From NCBI GenBank assembly GCA_016700095.1, contig CP065002.1, positions 1,124,145 to 1,188,144 of the forward strand: a stretch of DNA of 64,000 nucleotides. Reading direction: 5' to 3'. Shown piece by piece: positions 37,901 through 48,483 of the stretch. A model generated the notes under the pieces. It had not been told where the DNA came from, searched no databases, and was given only the letters and a program-made list of their open reading frames with translations. The DNA is from Candidatus Woesebacteria bacterium. GTDB lineage: Bacteria > Patescibacteriota > Microgenomatia > UBA8517. Both the position numbers and the translations under genes were made by a program. The stretch's first letter is position 1; each line of letters starts with the position of its first letter.

Positions 37901-38908
37901 TTAATTAAGACTTACCAACATATCAACATCAACCATATCATAATTCACAGGTCCAAGTGGTACCTCATTTTCCGGATCATCTACGAAAAATACCAAAACC
38001 GGACCCTTTTTGTATTTTTCTCCACCCAAATAATCCATAACCTCAGGACTACCACCAAAGTGTTTACCGGTCCACGCGGCAGGCCCCGAATCCGCTATTG
38101 ATGCAACAACCGCGTTTCCGTTATTGGTATTTACAATTAGAACTTTCCTGTACTTATACCAATTTTTTAAGTAAGGTTGTCTAGTGTTCCAATCCGGCAA
38201 ATACAGGGTTTGAACTACTGCATACCATCTTTCAATTTCCACAAGATCTTCACTTAGTTTTTCTTTCGAAGGAGCAAAATAACCCCATGACCCAAGCCCC
38301 GGTGCAATACCCTCTTTTATAGTTTCCCTATCTCCATGCAAGCTAAGGTCATCACCGGGAAAACGTCTCAAGTGCTGTTCTATTCCTATAATTCCATAAG
38401 TCGTATTCAAATGCTCACCCTCTAAACTTGCACGTACCTTTACCCCTGTCAAATCTGCAACCACCGCTTCCAAGAACTTTTCTTCGTTTCGGTAAAGTGG
38501 CCGAGTAACCGAAGGCAATACCGACCCAAGCACCTCAGATAATGATGCTTGAAAAGATTTTTCAAATGATTCTCTTTCTTTGTTTTTAACCTTCTCGATA
38601 AATTTGGCATTACGTATCGCATCCGATGGTGACATTAAAGCCGATACGTCGGTAGGTGGATTGAGCATAATTGACCCTGCAATTAAACCTGTTCCAAGTA
38701 ATTTTGCCGAGTGTCTTCGTAAATTTTCTGGTGCCAGTCCCTTATTTTCAAGAAACGTCAACGCTTTTGGATGCGCACTTTTCAGAGCGTTTTTAGTGTT
38801 GAAGTTACGTAGTTTTAGTTTGTTTCTAATTACTTCCGCATCAAAGCCGGAAGTACTTACTTTATTGTTACTTTTCATTTTGGGACAGTACATTGCTGAG
38901 TCTTTCAA
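37901..38908 (-). CDS. Membrane-anchored protein with a C-terminal double-psi beta-barrel (RlpA/3D-like) domain, possibly cell-wall binding or lytic.
   Basis: TM helix LLGTGLIAGSIML. C-terminus VVASIADSGPAAWTGKHFGGSPEVMDYLG resembles the RlpA/expansin DPBB core (DRGP...IDLS). The annotated start overlaps the gltX 3' end, so the true start is probably an internal ATG. Confidence 0.55.
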   Translation of the reverse strand: MKDSAMYCPKMKSNNKVSTSGFDAEVIRNKLKLRNFNTKNALKSAHPKALTFLENKGLAPENLRRHSAKLLGTGLIAGSIMLNPPTDVSALMSPSDAIRNAKFIEKVKNKERESFEKSFQASLSEVLGSVLPSVTRPLYRNEEKFLEAVVADLTGVKVRASLEGEHLNTTYGIIGIEQHLRRFPGDDLSLHGDRETIKEGIAPGLGSWGYFAPSKEKLSEDLVEIERWYAVVQTLYLPDWNTRQPYLKNWYKYRKVLIVNTNNGNAVVASIADSGPAAWTGKHFGGSPEVMDYLGGEKYKKGPVLVFFVDDPENEVPLGPVNYDMVDVDMLVSLN

Positions 38909-40208
38909 TTGTCTCTTTTTTGCCGATCACTTCAATCGACTCATTTATGGGAGGTGTAAATTTTTTACCGGTTATGGCGATACGCAAGTTCATGAAAAAC
39001 TCTCCTGTTTTATACGCCTTACTTTCAATTAGTTGATTAAGTTTTTCATTGATATTTTCTAATTCCCACTTATCAATATTTTTAAATGTCTCCAAAGCAT
39101 CACTTAAATGCGAAGCGTAATTTTCGCTTAGTAGATTGGTATCAACTCTGGGTTTATCAAAGAAAAATCCTGCAATTTCTTCAAAGTTTTTTAAGGTTTT
39201 AATTCTTGTCTGAATAAGTGGAACAATTGTCGCAACCGTGTTCTTGTCAAATTTACCTTTGAAAAAATCAGAAATTTTTGACCCCATATCTTCTACCGTT
39301 AATTTTTGCATGTACTGTCCATTCATCCAGTCAAGTTTATTTCTTAGAAATTTTGGGTTAGCTTCCTGAAAACCATGCACATCAAATGCTTGTGTAAATT
39401 CCGTCAAAGAATAGATTTCCCGATTGTCCTTTGGCGCCCAACCCAATAGCATAACGAAATTAAGTAAAGCTTCAGGCAAGTATCCCTCATCAATGAATTG
39501 TTCCACAAAAACACTGTCTCTTCTTTTGGATAACTTTTTTCCCGTATCGGAAGACAAAATGTCGGTAAGATGTCCAATTTCGGGTCGTTGTCCACCCAGA
39601 TACTCAAACACCAATAAATGTATCGGAGTCGAAGGCATCCAATCATGACCTCGGAGGATGTGAGTAATTTTCATATCAAGATCATCAACTGCAACAGCCA
39701 GATGATATGTAGGAAATCCATCAGATTTAAGCAAGGTCGCATCGTATACCGTATCTGTTTTCCAGGAAATTTCCTTTTTATGAACAAAATCGTAATAAGA
39801 AAGTAATTTGTTTTCCGGCACAAGTAATTTTACTGCCCCAGATGTGTAGTTTTTATCTCTGCACGGATCTCTTAATTCACTTGAATAACCTTTTTCTTTG
39901 GCATTTTTGGGATCACATTGACAATAAAAAGCATGACCTTCGGATAACAATTTTTGCGCTGCCGATTTATACAGACCAAGACGATCTGATTGAACAAAAT
40001 ATTCATCCCAGAAAAGTCCAAACTTTTCTAGTGTTTTTTTCAGTGCATCTACTGACCCCTCAACCTCTCTTTTCTGATCGGTGTCTTCAATTCTGAGCAC
40101 AAATACACCATTTTCACGCTTTGCTAAAGCATATGCATATAATGCCGTTCTTAAGCTTCCAATATGTAAAAAACCTGTCGGACTTGGTGCAAATCTTGTT
40201 CTTACCAT
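38868..40208 (-). CDS. gltX: Glutamyl-tRNA synthetase.
   Basis: HIGH motif (PSPTGFLHIGSLRTA) and KMSKS (KLSKR). The start was set at the ATG at 40208, 7 nt after a TATAAT box (leaderless-like). The track start lies 15 nt upstream. Confidence 0.93.
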   Translation of the reverse strand: MVRTRFAPSPTGFLHIGSLRTALYAYALAKRENGVFVLRIEDTDQKREVEGSVDALKKTLEKFGLFWDEYFVQSDRLGLYKSAAQKLLSEGHAFYCQCDPKNAKEKGYSSELRDPCRDKNYTSGAVKLLVPENKLLSYYDFVHKKEISWKTDTVYDATLLKSDGFPTYHLAVAVDDLDMKITHILRGHDWMPSTPIHLLVFEYLGGQRPEIGHLTDILSSDTGKKLSKRRDSVFVEQFIDEGYLPEALLNFVMLLGWAPKDNREIYSLTEFTQAFDVHGFQEANPKFLRNKLDWMNGQYMQKLTVEDMGSKISDFFKGKFDKNTVATIVPLIQTRIKTLKNFEEIAGFFFDKPRVDTNLLSENYASHLSDALETFKNIDKWELENINEKLNQLIESKAYKTGEFFMNLRIAITGKKFTPPINESIEVIGKKETIERLSNVLSQNEK

Positions 40209-40290
40209 ATAGTAATTATACATTTTTTAATCTGCTTGGCATAACAAGTGTGGCATTGAATGGAATATTTGTACAAGATATACTTAAACA

Positions 40291-41379
40291 ATGTTAACTT
40301 TAACAAGTGCTTCAATTGTTTCCAGAAAATTTATTCGTTATGCTGTAATTAGCATTATTGCAATTGTTATTATTCGTTTCACAATTTTAAGTGGAATAAA
40401 TCTTTATGAACGTTTTTTCCCCGATCCACCACCAGAGGCAACGGTAAAATTTGGAAAATTACCAGCACTTAGTCTTCCCAACAATGCTCAAAGCGAAGAA
40501 GATGTCTGCAGACTGGTCTACAATCTCGAAACAGCAAGCGGAAGTTTACCGGTTTTATACCAACAAACAAATGTTTACTATATGCCTAAACCAATTTCCA
40601 GCATTGGCGCACTCGAGAAGGCAAATACAATTGCCCGCGATTTGGGGTTCAATAGTGAAGGAAGAGAATTGGTTGAGACTGTATTTTTGTTTACCAAAGC
40701 AAATTCTCCTTCGTCGCTTAACATCAACATTGTGACACGGGCGTTTTCTATCAGTTACGATGTCAACTCCGATCCTCAGGTGTTTAACCAAATACCCCCC
40801 CAAGCGGAAAATGCCGTTAGTGCCGTCAAGGGTCTACTGGGTAGAGCCGGGTTAATTAATGATTACAAGTTAGGTCCGACAAAGACACAGTTACTCCGCG
40901 TCGAATCGGGAAAACTGGTCAAGGCAATATCTCAATCAGAGGCAAATATCGTAAAAGTAAATTTATATAGAGAAAAATACGGCGTCACACAATTTGAACT
41001 CCCGGCAGTTACTCCCGATCCCGATGAATCCAACGTCTGGTTTCTAATGAGTAATTCCTCTGGAAACGTCCAAATAATTGCAGGAGAATATCACTACTTC
41101 CCCCTTGATAAAAATAAGTTTTCGACATACCCCGTAAAAACCGCCGAGCAAGCGTTTGAAGATCTGAAAAACTGCAAGGGAGGTATTGCCAAAATAGGTG
41201 ACAATTACGATGGTGAAATAAAAATTAGAAATGTTTATCTTGCGTATTACGATTATGGTCAATATATCGAATATTATCAGCCAGTCGTGGTTTTTGAGGG
41301 CGAAAATGATTTTGTGGCATATGTTCCCGCGGTGACTGACGAGTTCTATGGAGCTAATCAGGTAGACCAGACTAAGTGA
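40291..41379 (+). CDS. Membrane-anchored extracytoplasmic protein, function unknown.
   Basis: N-terminal TM helix followed by a 330-aa soluble region. No recognisable family. Confidence 0.6.
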   Translation: MLTLTSASIVSRKFIRYAVISIIAIVIIRFTILSGINLYERFFPDPPPEATVKFGKLPALSLPNNAQSEEDVCRLVYNLETASGSLPVLYQQTNVYYMPKPISSIGALEKANTIARDLGFNSEGRELVETVFLFTKANSPSSLNINIVTRAFSISYDVNSDPQVFNQIPPQAENAVSAVKGLLGRAGLINDYKLGPTKTQLLRVESGKLVKAISQSEANIVKVNLYREKYGVTQFELPAVTPDPDESNVWFLMSNSSGNVQIIAGEYHYFPLDKNKFSTYPVKTAEQAFEDLKNCKGGIAKIGDNYDGEIKIRNVYLAYYDYGQYIEYYQPVVVFEGENDFVAYVPAVTDEFYGANQVDQTK

Positions 41380-41443
41380 CAGAGCTATATGTTATTTCAC
41401 ACACCTAACCAAGATAATATTTTCTAAACAATTATGGCGGCAA

Positions 41444-42520
41444 TCACTGAAGTGAATGTTCGTCATCTACAACCGGCACTTCGACCCATTCATAATTATC
41501 ATATACCCATGTAATCAATTCTTTTGTTTCACCAAACCTATCTTGACTTCCAAGAACTGCAATTAATATTTTTCTTCCTTTTCTATCAACATAAGTTACT
41601 AAATTTTCTCTAGCGTTTTTGGTCCAACCGGTCTTTACACCCTGTACACCTTCTACTTTTCCCAACAAATCATTCGTCGTGTGAAGCGTCCGAAAAAGTT
41701 CACCGTTTGCATTGTATATTTGAACATTTTCTTTGTTAACAATTTCGGCAAACTTTGGATTTGTAAGCGCATATTTAGAAAGCGCGATTAAATCGTGTGC
41801 AGAAGTTACTTGACTAGTTCCATCAATACCCGTTGGGTTAGTATAAATAGTATCACTTAGACCGAGATCTTTGATTTTACTATTCATGTCATTTACAAAT
41901 GCTTCTCTACCGCCTGCATAATTACTGGCTAAAACTTCAGCCGCATCATTTGCACTGTAAACAAGCAATGCCTTTACTAAATTATCTACGTTTATCTCCT
42001 GACCCTCATAAAGATTCATTTTCTGACCGTCGACATCAACTTCCCCGACTGTTATGGATTTTTCTCCCTGCATATTTTCAAGTGTTATCAAAGCAGTCAT
42101 TATCTTAACTGTTGATGCAGGCAAAAGAAGTTTATCGGAATTTTTGGCATACAGCTGTTCTCCCGAATCAAAGTCAATAACCAAAACACCTTGCGCGGAA
42201 ATTATCGGAAACGCCAAATCGTGATCGTTAATTAGGAGCGGACGTATTTCGGTTTGGATATTATATGCGGCAAGTACTTGAGTCGTTGGAGAAGTAGTAT
42301 GTCTTTTATTTTCTGTAGCACTCTCATTTAAAAGAATATTAACAGCAACCAAAAACACAAAAGTGTATATTGCCAGAAATAATACGTTTTGCTTAAGTGT
42401 ATACTTCAAAACACTGGGGAAATTTTTAGCCTTTGGTTTGGTCTTGTGTTTTACGGCCAGGGGTTTCTTTCGTAATTTCGGGGTGGATATGGTAACTTCT
42501 TTCATTTTGGAAAACATCAC
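41444..42520 (-). CDS. D-alanyl-D-alanine carboxypeptidase (PBP5/S11 family).
   Basis: SxxK (ASTVKIMTA), SxN (YSANDAA) and KTG (KTGWT) motifs in canonical order. Confidence 0.88.
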   Translation of the reverse strand: MMFSKMKEVTISTPKLRKKPLAVKHKTKPKAKNFPSVLKYTLKQNVLFLAIYTFVFLVAVNILLNESATENKRHTTSPTTQVLAAYNIQTEIRPLLINDHDLAFPIISAQGVLVIDFDSGEQLYAKNSDKLLLPASTVKIMTALITLENMQGEKSITVGEVDVDGQKMNLYEGQEINVDNLVKALLVYSANDAAEVLASNYAGGREAFVNDMNSKIKDLGLSDTIYTNPTGIDGTSQVTSAHDLIALSKYALTNPKFAEIVNKENVQIYNANGELFRTLHTTNDLLGKVEGVQGVKTGWTKNARENLVTYVDRKGRKILIAVLGSQDRFGETKELITWVYDNYEWVEVPVVDDEHSLQ

Positions 42521-42816
42521 TTGTTTACTAAAGGCATTACTTATCTTATCTGCTTTTTCATAATACGAAAGATGTAGTTTTATTTCAATTGTTTGTGTTG
42601 TTTAATATTTATTAATATAGCCAAAATTGAGCTTGGGGTATTAAATAAAGAGCTTTAACAAATTGCATAAGTCATAAGTAACATTTTCCCAACCGCAAAG
42701 TTATAACGCTACCTGGTGCAATATATTTTTAAGTTGTTTAAATGCGTAAACGATCCATTGAATTTTTAAATTGATATTAAAATATACTATAATATCAATC
42801 TATGCACAAAGTCACA

Positions 42817-42912
42817 AAGATTAATTCTCTCACTTGTTGCTTTCAAACGTAAACGAGAGATTTAACATGATTGTTGTCAAACCTCTCGAATTACGAGGGG
42901 TTTTTTATTTTT
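42817..42912 (+). promoter_or_regulatory. Candidate leader/attenuator: four mutually complementary segments (TCTCTC / CGAGAGA / CCTCTCG / CGAGGGG-U7) plus a 21-codon uORF overlapping the main start codon.
   Basis: Read directly from the sequence. The terminator-like 3:4 hairpin (42882..42900) plus TTTTTTATTTTT lies immediately 5' of the ATG at 42913. The uORF ATG at 42867 has a GAGAG SD. Confidence 0.3.
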
Positions 42913-43464
42913 ATGAAGGAAATACTTGAATCAATTCTTTTACTGGAAAGGGCTAAAGCTACCTTTGGATTACCCGAAGATGGTTTCACCATAGTTAACG
43001 GAATTATTGTACCTACTACACCTTGCATCCAACACTCGGGTTCGCGGTTTTTTTCAGAATATCCATGGAAATTTATTGGTGAGGACGGTAACAAAAGTGC
43101 ACTTGTACTATCACCCAGACAACAAGTAATTGTCGAGAATGCTTGGGGGTTAATAATAAATAGTGTCAGTCATATTACTAATCCCTACACCCCATTTCAT
43201 AATTTAGATGGTGGTGTATTGGAAGCATGTAAAGAACTTTATCTTGCGGGTACTCAGATAGCACATACCATTGAGGGTGCGCGCATTGTGTTACCGCCCA
43301 CCATAGGACTTAAACCTAGTTACACCGCGGCGAAAGTAATTGGACTTAATGGACTAACTCTAAAGTATAATTTATGGGTTCCACCAGACGTGCACAGTAA
43401 AAATGAGACAGTAGAAATCACAATTACTTCAACCGGAAGCAAAACCAGGTCGTTTAGAATTTAG
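42913..43464 (+). CDS. Hypothetical protein (183 aa).
   Basis: Clean ORF from the ATG at 42913. The track start at 42871 is a TTG in the leader. No family recognised. Confidence 0.6.
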   Translation: MKEILESILLLERAKATFGLPEDGFTIVNGIIVPTTPCIQHSGSRFFSEYPWKFIGEDGNKSALVLSPRQQVIVENAWGLIINSVSHITNPYTPFHNLDGGVLEACKELYLAGTQIAHTIEGARIVLPPTIGLKPSYTAAKVIGLNGLTLKYNLWVPPDVHSKNETVEITITSTGSKTRSFRI

Positions 43465-43557
43465 CGCTAGATTATAAACATATACAAAAAGCAAAAATAC
43501 CGTGGTGATATCGTATACTATCAACAAGTGCAGTTTGCTTATTTGAATACATAAGTA

Positions 43558-45051
43558 TTACTTTTTCGCTAATTCCTTGCGGATTTTATTTCTAGCTTTT
43601 ATAGTTTTAACAAATCTTTCCCAGTCTTTATTGGGTTTTTGAGGGTTTTTTGTTTTAGTTATTTCAACAACATCTCCGTTTGATAGCTTATGAGACAGCG
43701 ATGCTATTTTACCGTTTACCTTAATTGACTTTATATATTTACCAAGATCCGAATGTACCGCATATGCAAAATCAACAGGAGTTGAATTTGCAGGTAAGTC
43801 ATAAACATCACCTTGGGGAGAAAATACAAAAATTCGATGCATTAAAGCATCAAATTTCAAGGCTTCTATGTATGTTTCGGAGTCGGTTAATTCCTTTTGC
43901 CATTTTACAAGTTCTTTCACCCAGGATAATTTGTTTATTTGTTTTGTACTCGTACCTTGTGTTTCCAAAAACTCATCGCTTACACCCTTACTTTTCATCT
44001 CGTTATAGGATATATGTGATGCGGCTCCAAATTCCGCTTGTTTGTGCATAGTATGTGTTCTTATTTGCACTTCGGTAATACGCCCACCGGGTCCAAAGAC
44101 CTTTGTGTGAATTGACTGATATCCGTTGGGTTTCGGTTGAGCTATGTAATCAGAAATTCCCAAGTACGGAACCGGTTTATAATGTTTGTGAACCAGACCT
44201 AAAGCCAAATAACATTCCTCCGGTTTGTCCACAATTATGCGAAGAGCCACGATATCGTGTATTTTTGAATAATCCCAATTTATCTCTTCCCGTTGAAGTT
44301 TTTTCCATAATGAATATAACCTTTTTTCTCGTCCGATAACAGTAGGTTTGATATTTTCTTTTGAAAGATGTGTTAATATCACGGAACGCATTTTTCTTAT
44401 CTGTCTTTCCGCTTCTTTGTATACCAACTTCGATTTGGCTTCCACCTTGTCATAATCAGTCGGATACAGATACCTAAACGCCAAGTCATTCAATTCACCG
44501 TTTATCTCTCCCATACCAAGCCTTTCAGCAAGGGGCGCATAAATATTCAAGGTTTCGCGCGCTACACGTTTTTGTTTATCTATAGGTAAATATTCAAGGG
44601 TTCGCATGTTATGAAGTCTGTCGGCAATCTTTACAAAAACCACTCTGAGGTCTCTTGCCATTACCAATATTAGCTTTCGTAAGTTCTCAATGCTTTCCAC
44701 TTCTTTGTTGCCTCGCAACTTATAATCCGATACTTTGGTAACACCGTCAACCAAATTTGCAATGTCTTGACCGAATTCATTGACTAAATCATCTCGTTTG
44801 GCGGCACCATCATCGATCGTGTCGTGCAACAATCCTGCTAATACTGTCGATTCGTCTAACTTCCACTGAGCGAGAATAATAGCAACTTCCAATGGATGTA
44901 AAACAAACAATTCACCGCTTTTTCTTTTTTGTTCCTCGTGCGCAATTTTCGCGAACTCCCACGTTTTTGTCAACTTCAATACATCAAACTTATTATAAGT
45001 TTTAACTAAAGCTGTCAAATCAGTAAATCTTTTTTCTATTTGTTCATTCAT
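43558..45051 (-). CDS. rel: Small RelA/SpoT-homolog (p)ppGpp synthetase/hydrolase (HD + synthetase + TGS).
   Basis: HD motif LLHDTIDD, synthetase-domain conservation, C-terminal TGS-like region, 497 aa. Confidence 0.9.
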   Translation of the reverse strand: MNEQIEKRFTDLTALVKTYNKFDVLKLTKTWEFAKIAHEEQKRKSGELFVLHPLEVAIILAQWKLDESTVLAGLLHDTIDDGAAKRDDLVNEFGQDIANLVDGVTKVSDYKLRGNKEVESIENLRKLILVMARDLRVVFVKIADRLHNMRTLEYLPIDKQKRVARETLNIYAPLAERLGMGEINGELNDLAFRYLYPTDYDKVEAKSKLVYKEAERQIRKMRSVILTHLSKENIKPTVIGREKRLYSLWKKLQREEINWDYSKIHDIVALRIIVDKPEECYLALGLVHKHYKPVPYLGISDYIAQPKPNGYQSIHTKVFGPGGRITEVQIRTHTMHKQAEFGAASHISYNEMKSKGVSDEFLETQGTSTKQINKLSWVKELVKWQKELTDSETYIEALKFDALMHRIFVFSPQGDVYDLPANSTPVDFAYAVHSDLGKYIKSIKVNGKIASLSHKLSNGDVVEITKTKNPQKPNKDWERFVKTIKARNKIRKELAKK

Positions 45052-46720
45052 ATATCTTTATTATGTCAAGTAGTCTAATCTGCAAACTCTTCATTCCATT
45101 GAAGTTATTATCTTCAAAACAATACACAATATCAACCTTAGTGTTGTCTTTGAATTGACTAATCATATTGCCTAACCCAAAACCAATTCCATCAAGAGTA
45201 ATAGTATTTTTTGTCAATTTAAGTTTCAAATGTTTGTCCTCCTTCCCGATAGTACGAGCGTTCCACACCTCAACATTTTTGGTAATAAATATTGGATCGC
45301 TATTTCCGGCTCCAGTTGGTTTAAAACATTTTATTTCACGCAAGAAATCCCAATCCAGCAATGTAAAGTCTATCTCAATATCAATAATTGCGGTTGGAAT
45401 TAACATTTCTTCCGTTAAATGCTTCATTGCGTATTTAGCCAAGCCATTTTTAAATTTGACAAGATCTTTCGTTAAAATTGTCACACCTGCCGCCATTGGA
45501 TGTCCTCCGGCTTCAATCTTTATTTTCTTGACACTTCTTATTGCTTTAATAATATTAAAACCTTCAACCGAACGAGCACTTGCTTTTGAGTATTTCTTGC
45601 CCATGGAAAATACTATCGAAGGCCTGTAAAATTCTTCGACTAACTTCGATGCCGCAAGTCCCACAACTCCTTCGTGATATTTCTCGTCGGCAATAACAAT
45701 AATGTTTTCAATTTTGTTTTCGTCAAGTGTCATCTTGGCATGATCAAGTACCTTACTGACTATATTTTGACGGCGGGTATTTGTAACCGATAAACGAGAT
45801 GCTAATTCTTTTGCTCTGGCGCTACTGGTGGTACACAATAACCTGAGCGATTCGATCGCGTGTTCCAGACGTCCCATAGCATTAATGCGCGGGCCAATTA
45901 CAAAACCGATTGTAAAGGAATCTATCTCACCTACTTTAATGCCCGCTTCTTCATAAATTTTTGACAAGCCCAAACGCGTATTTTCATTGAGTATTTCAAG
46001 ACCATATTTGACAATCGATCGATTTACCCGAAAAAGAGGCATTTGATCACTAATTGTTCCAATAGCAGCCAAATCCAAACCGGTTACTTTTTTGTCACCG
46101 ATCGAATTGGATATCTCGCGTGCAAAAAACCACGCAACAGCTGCCCCACTTACTTGTTGTGTATGAATGATCGAATGTGCCTCGGGATATTTTTCACCTG
46201 GTTCATGATGATCCGTAATTATTACATCGATCCCCAATTCATTGCACTTTGCGACAGCATCGTTAGCAACGATTCCGTTGTCGACTGTCAGTAAAACCTT
46301 GAAGTTTTCGTCATCTTTTTTCATTTCCTGTATACTTTTGCTTTTTAGACCGTATCCTTCCGAAAAGCGATCAGGTATATACGGACTAACATCAAAACCC
46401 ATCCGATATAGCGTTTCCCAGAGGATTGCCGTCGCACACACACCATCGGCATCATAATCTCCAAAGATAACAATTTTTTCCCTTTTGTCTTTTGCTTGTA
46501 TCAATCTGCCTATTGCTTGCCCAACTTCTTTTGGATTTAAACCAACATCTTTAAGAGGTACTAAAGTTGGGTCAACGCTATTGAAAAATTCACGTCTTTT
46601 TTTATCCGTATTCAAATCTCGATTCGCTAGCAAAATATTAATAACGTCTTCTTTATTTAGTTTCGCTGGAAGTTTTTTACTTTTCCCAACAACAATCCAT
46701 TTTTTTCGCATCTTTGTCAT
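45044..46720 (-). CDS. recJ: Single-stranded-DNA-specific exonuclease RecJ (DHH + DHHA1).
   Basis: GDYDADGVCATAIL, ITDHH and GGHPMAAG motifs. The stop overlaps the rel start by 8 nt. Confidence 0.92.
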   Translation of the reverse strand: MTKMRKKWIVVGKSKKLPAKLNKEDVINILLANRDLNTDKKRREFFNSVDPTLVPLKDVGLNPKEVGQAIGRLIQAKDKREKIVIFGDYDADGVCATAILWETLYRMGFDVSPYIPDRFSEGYGLKSKSIQEMKKDDENFKVLLTVDNGIVANDAVAKCNELGIDVIITDHHEPGEKYPEAHSIIHTQQVSGAAVAWFFAREISNSIGDKKVTGLDLAAIGTISDQMPLFRVNRSIVKYGLEILNENTRLGLSKIYEEAGIKVGEIDSFTIGFVIGPRINAMGRLEHAIESLRLLCTTSSARAKELASRLSVTNTRRQNIVSKVLDHAKMTLDENKIENIIVIADEKYHEGVVGLAASKLVEEFYRPSIVFSMGKKYSKASARSVEGFNIIKAIRSVKKIKIEAGGHPMAAGVTILTKDLVKFKNGLAKYAMKHLTEEMLIPTAIIDIEIDFTLLDWDFLREIKCFKPTGAGNSDPIFITKNVEVWNARTIGKEDKHLKLKLTKNTITLDGIGFGLGNMISQFKDNTKVDIVYCFEDNNFNGMKSLQIRLLDIIKIYE

Positions 46721-47106
46721 GATCTCTACTATAACAGATTAGGTAATTAAGACATGTTATTAATTAATGCACCTAAACATTCCCAATCGGAAACGAGAAG
46801 TTGATTTCACACACACCAGTAAATAATTTCTTGAATGTCTAATGGTGACTAAAAAGTCTATAGATTTCTAGAAAGTTAGTTTATTTGCTGCATGCGAATT
46901 AAGCACTAAAGGTACGTATTTTTCTACAAAGTTTGTTAAAGTGGTATACATCTTAGTGTTTAGAAATTTTCCAAAATTAATTTTTAAAAACATACTGCAT
47001 GTTTACATAATGATAGAAAGTCACACATTAATAATTAAAGATTGAATTATTAAGTTGTATTTTTCGCACATATCCTATTAATTAAAAAAATATCTCAATA
47101 ACAGTT

Positions 47107-48483
47107 TTGATTAGTATGTATAATAAAGCAATGGAAATTAATATTCCTGATGAGGTTAAAAATGTTTTGGAAGTTACCAAAAATGCCGGTTACGAAATCT
47201 ATATCGTTGGTGGAAGTGTCAGAGATGCAATAATGAAAAAAGATACCAATGATTGGGACTTCACCACAAACGCCACACCGCAAGACATACAAAATCTCTT
47301 TCCGGATTCGTTTTACGATAACGTATTTGGTACGGTCGGTATTTCTTACAAAGACAATGAAAAACCATTGGAAATTACGACATTTCGTACTGAACATGGC
47401 TATACAGATTCAAGGCGTCCCGACACCGTCACGTGGGGCAAAACATTACTGGAAGATGTAAAAAGACGCGATTTCACAATTAATGCACTCGCATTAAAAC
47501 ATGTGAAAGGGAATAACTTTGAAGTGATCGACTATTTTTCCGGTCACGATGATTTGGAAAATAAAATTATTAAAGCCGTGGGAGACGCTAATGAACGTTT
47601 CGCCGAAGATGCCCTAAGGATGATGCGTGCGATTAGAATTGCCAGTGAACTTAATTTCAAAATTGAGAGTGCAACGAAAAATGCGATATATGCCAACAAA
47701 TCAAGGATACACAATATCGCCAAAGAGCGAGTACGTGACGAATTTCTCAAACTAATATCTTCACCCCATGCTTATAATGGCATGTTACTGTTTAAAGAGG
47801 TTGGTTTGTTGGAAGAAATACTTCCCGAACTCGAAAAATGTTTTGGTGTAGAACAAAAATCTCCGGGAAGACACCATATATATGACGTGGGGACGCACTT
47901 ATTGATGTCTTTAAAATATTGTCCGTCCAACAATCCGATAGTCAGGTTTGCAACACTCATTCATGATATCGGAAAAGCACAAACTTATAAAAAATTAGAT
48001 AGTGGTGTAATCACTTTCTATAACCATGAAGTACTTGGGGCGAAGATGGCAAAAAATATTTCCGACCGCTTGAGGCTTTCCAACAAAGATAAAGATATTT
48101 TGTGGAAGTTAGTCCGTTTCCATCAGTTTAGTGTAAACGAAAATCAAACCGACAAAGCGATTCGGAGATTTATTGTAAATGTTGGTTTATCAAACGTTAA
48201 CAATATGCTCGATCTCAGAACAGCCGACAGACTGGGCGGAGGTGCTACGGAGACTTCTTGGAGAACCGAAGAATTCAAAAAACGTATTGTTGAAGTTCAA
48301 AAACAACCTTTCGCTATACGCGATATTAAAATATCAGGAAACGATATTATGGAAATACTAAAAATTCAACCCGGACCAAAAGTTGGATTAATTTTACAAG
48401 AACTTTTTGAAAAAGTTGTAAACAAAGAACTAGAAAACGAAAGGGATGCTTTAATCAAAGAAATTAGTAAATATTTGAAATGA
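47107..48483 (+). CDS. cca: CCA-adding tRNA nucleotidyltransferase with HD domain.
   Basis: Pol-beta-like head domain GGSVRDAIM...DWDF, plus an HD domain HHIYDVGTHLL...HDIGK. Confidence 0.9.
   Translation: MISMYNKAMEINIPDEVKNVLEVTKNAGYEIYIVGGSVRDAIMKKDTNDWDFTTNATPQDIQNLFPDSFYDNVFGTVGISYKDNEKPLEITTFRTEHGYTDSRRPDTVTWGKTLLEDVKRRDFTINALALKHVKGNNFEVIDYFSGHDDLENKIIKAVGDANERFAEDALRMMRAIRIASELNFKIESATKNAIYANKSRIHNIAKERVRDEFLKLISSPHAYNGMLLFKEVGLLEEILPELEKCFGVEQKSPGRHHIYDVGTHLLMSLKYCPSNNPIVRFATLIHDIGKAQTYKKLDSGVITFYNHEVLGAKMAKNISDRLRLSNKDKDILWKLVRFHQFSVNENQTDKAIRRFIVNVGLSNVNNMLDLRTADRLGGGATETSWRTEEFKKRIVEVQKQPFAIRDIKISGNDIMEILKIQPGPKVGLILQELFEKVVNKELENERDALIKEISKYLK

Noticed and set aside
42882-42912. 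Hairpin plus U-tract considered as the terminator of the dacA-like gene.
   Set aside because: dacA is on the opposite strand and its 3' end is at 41444. The hairpin lies in the 5' leader of the + strand gene, so it is treated as an attenuator candidate instead.
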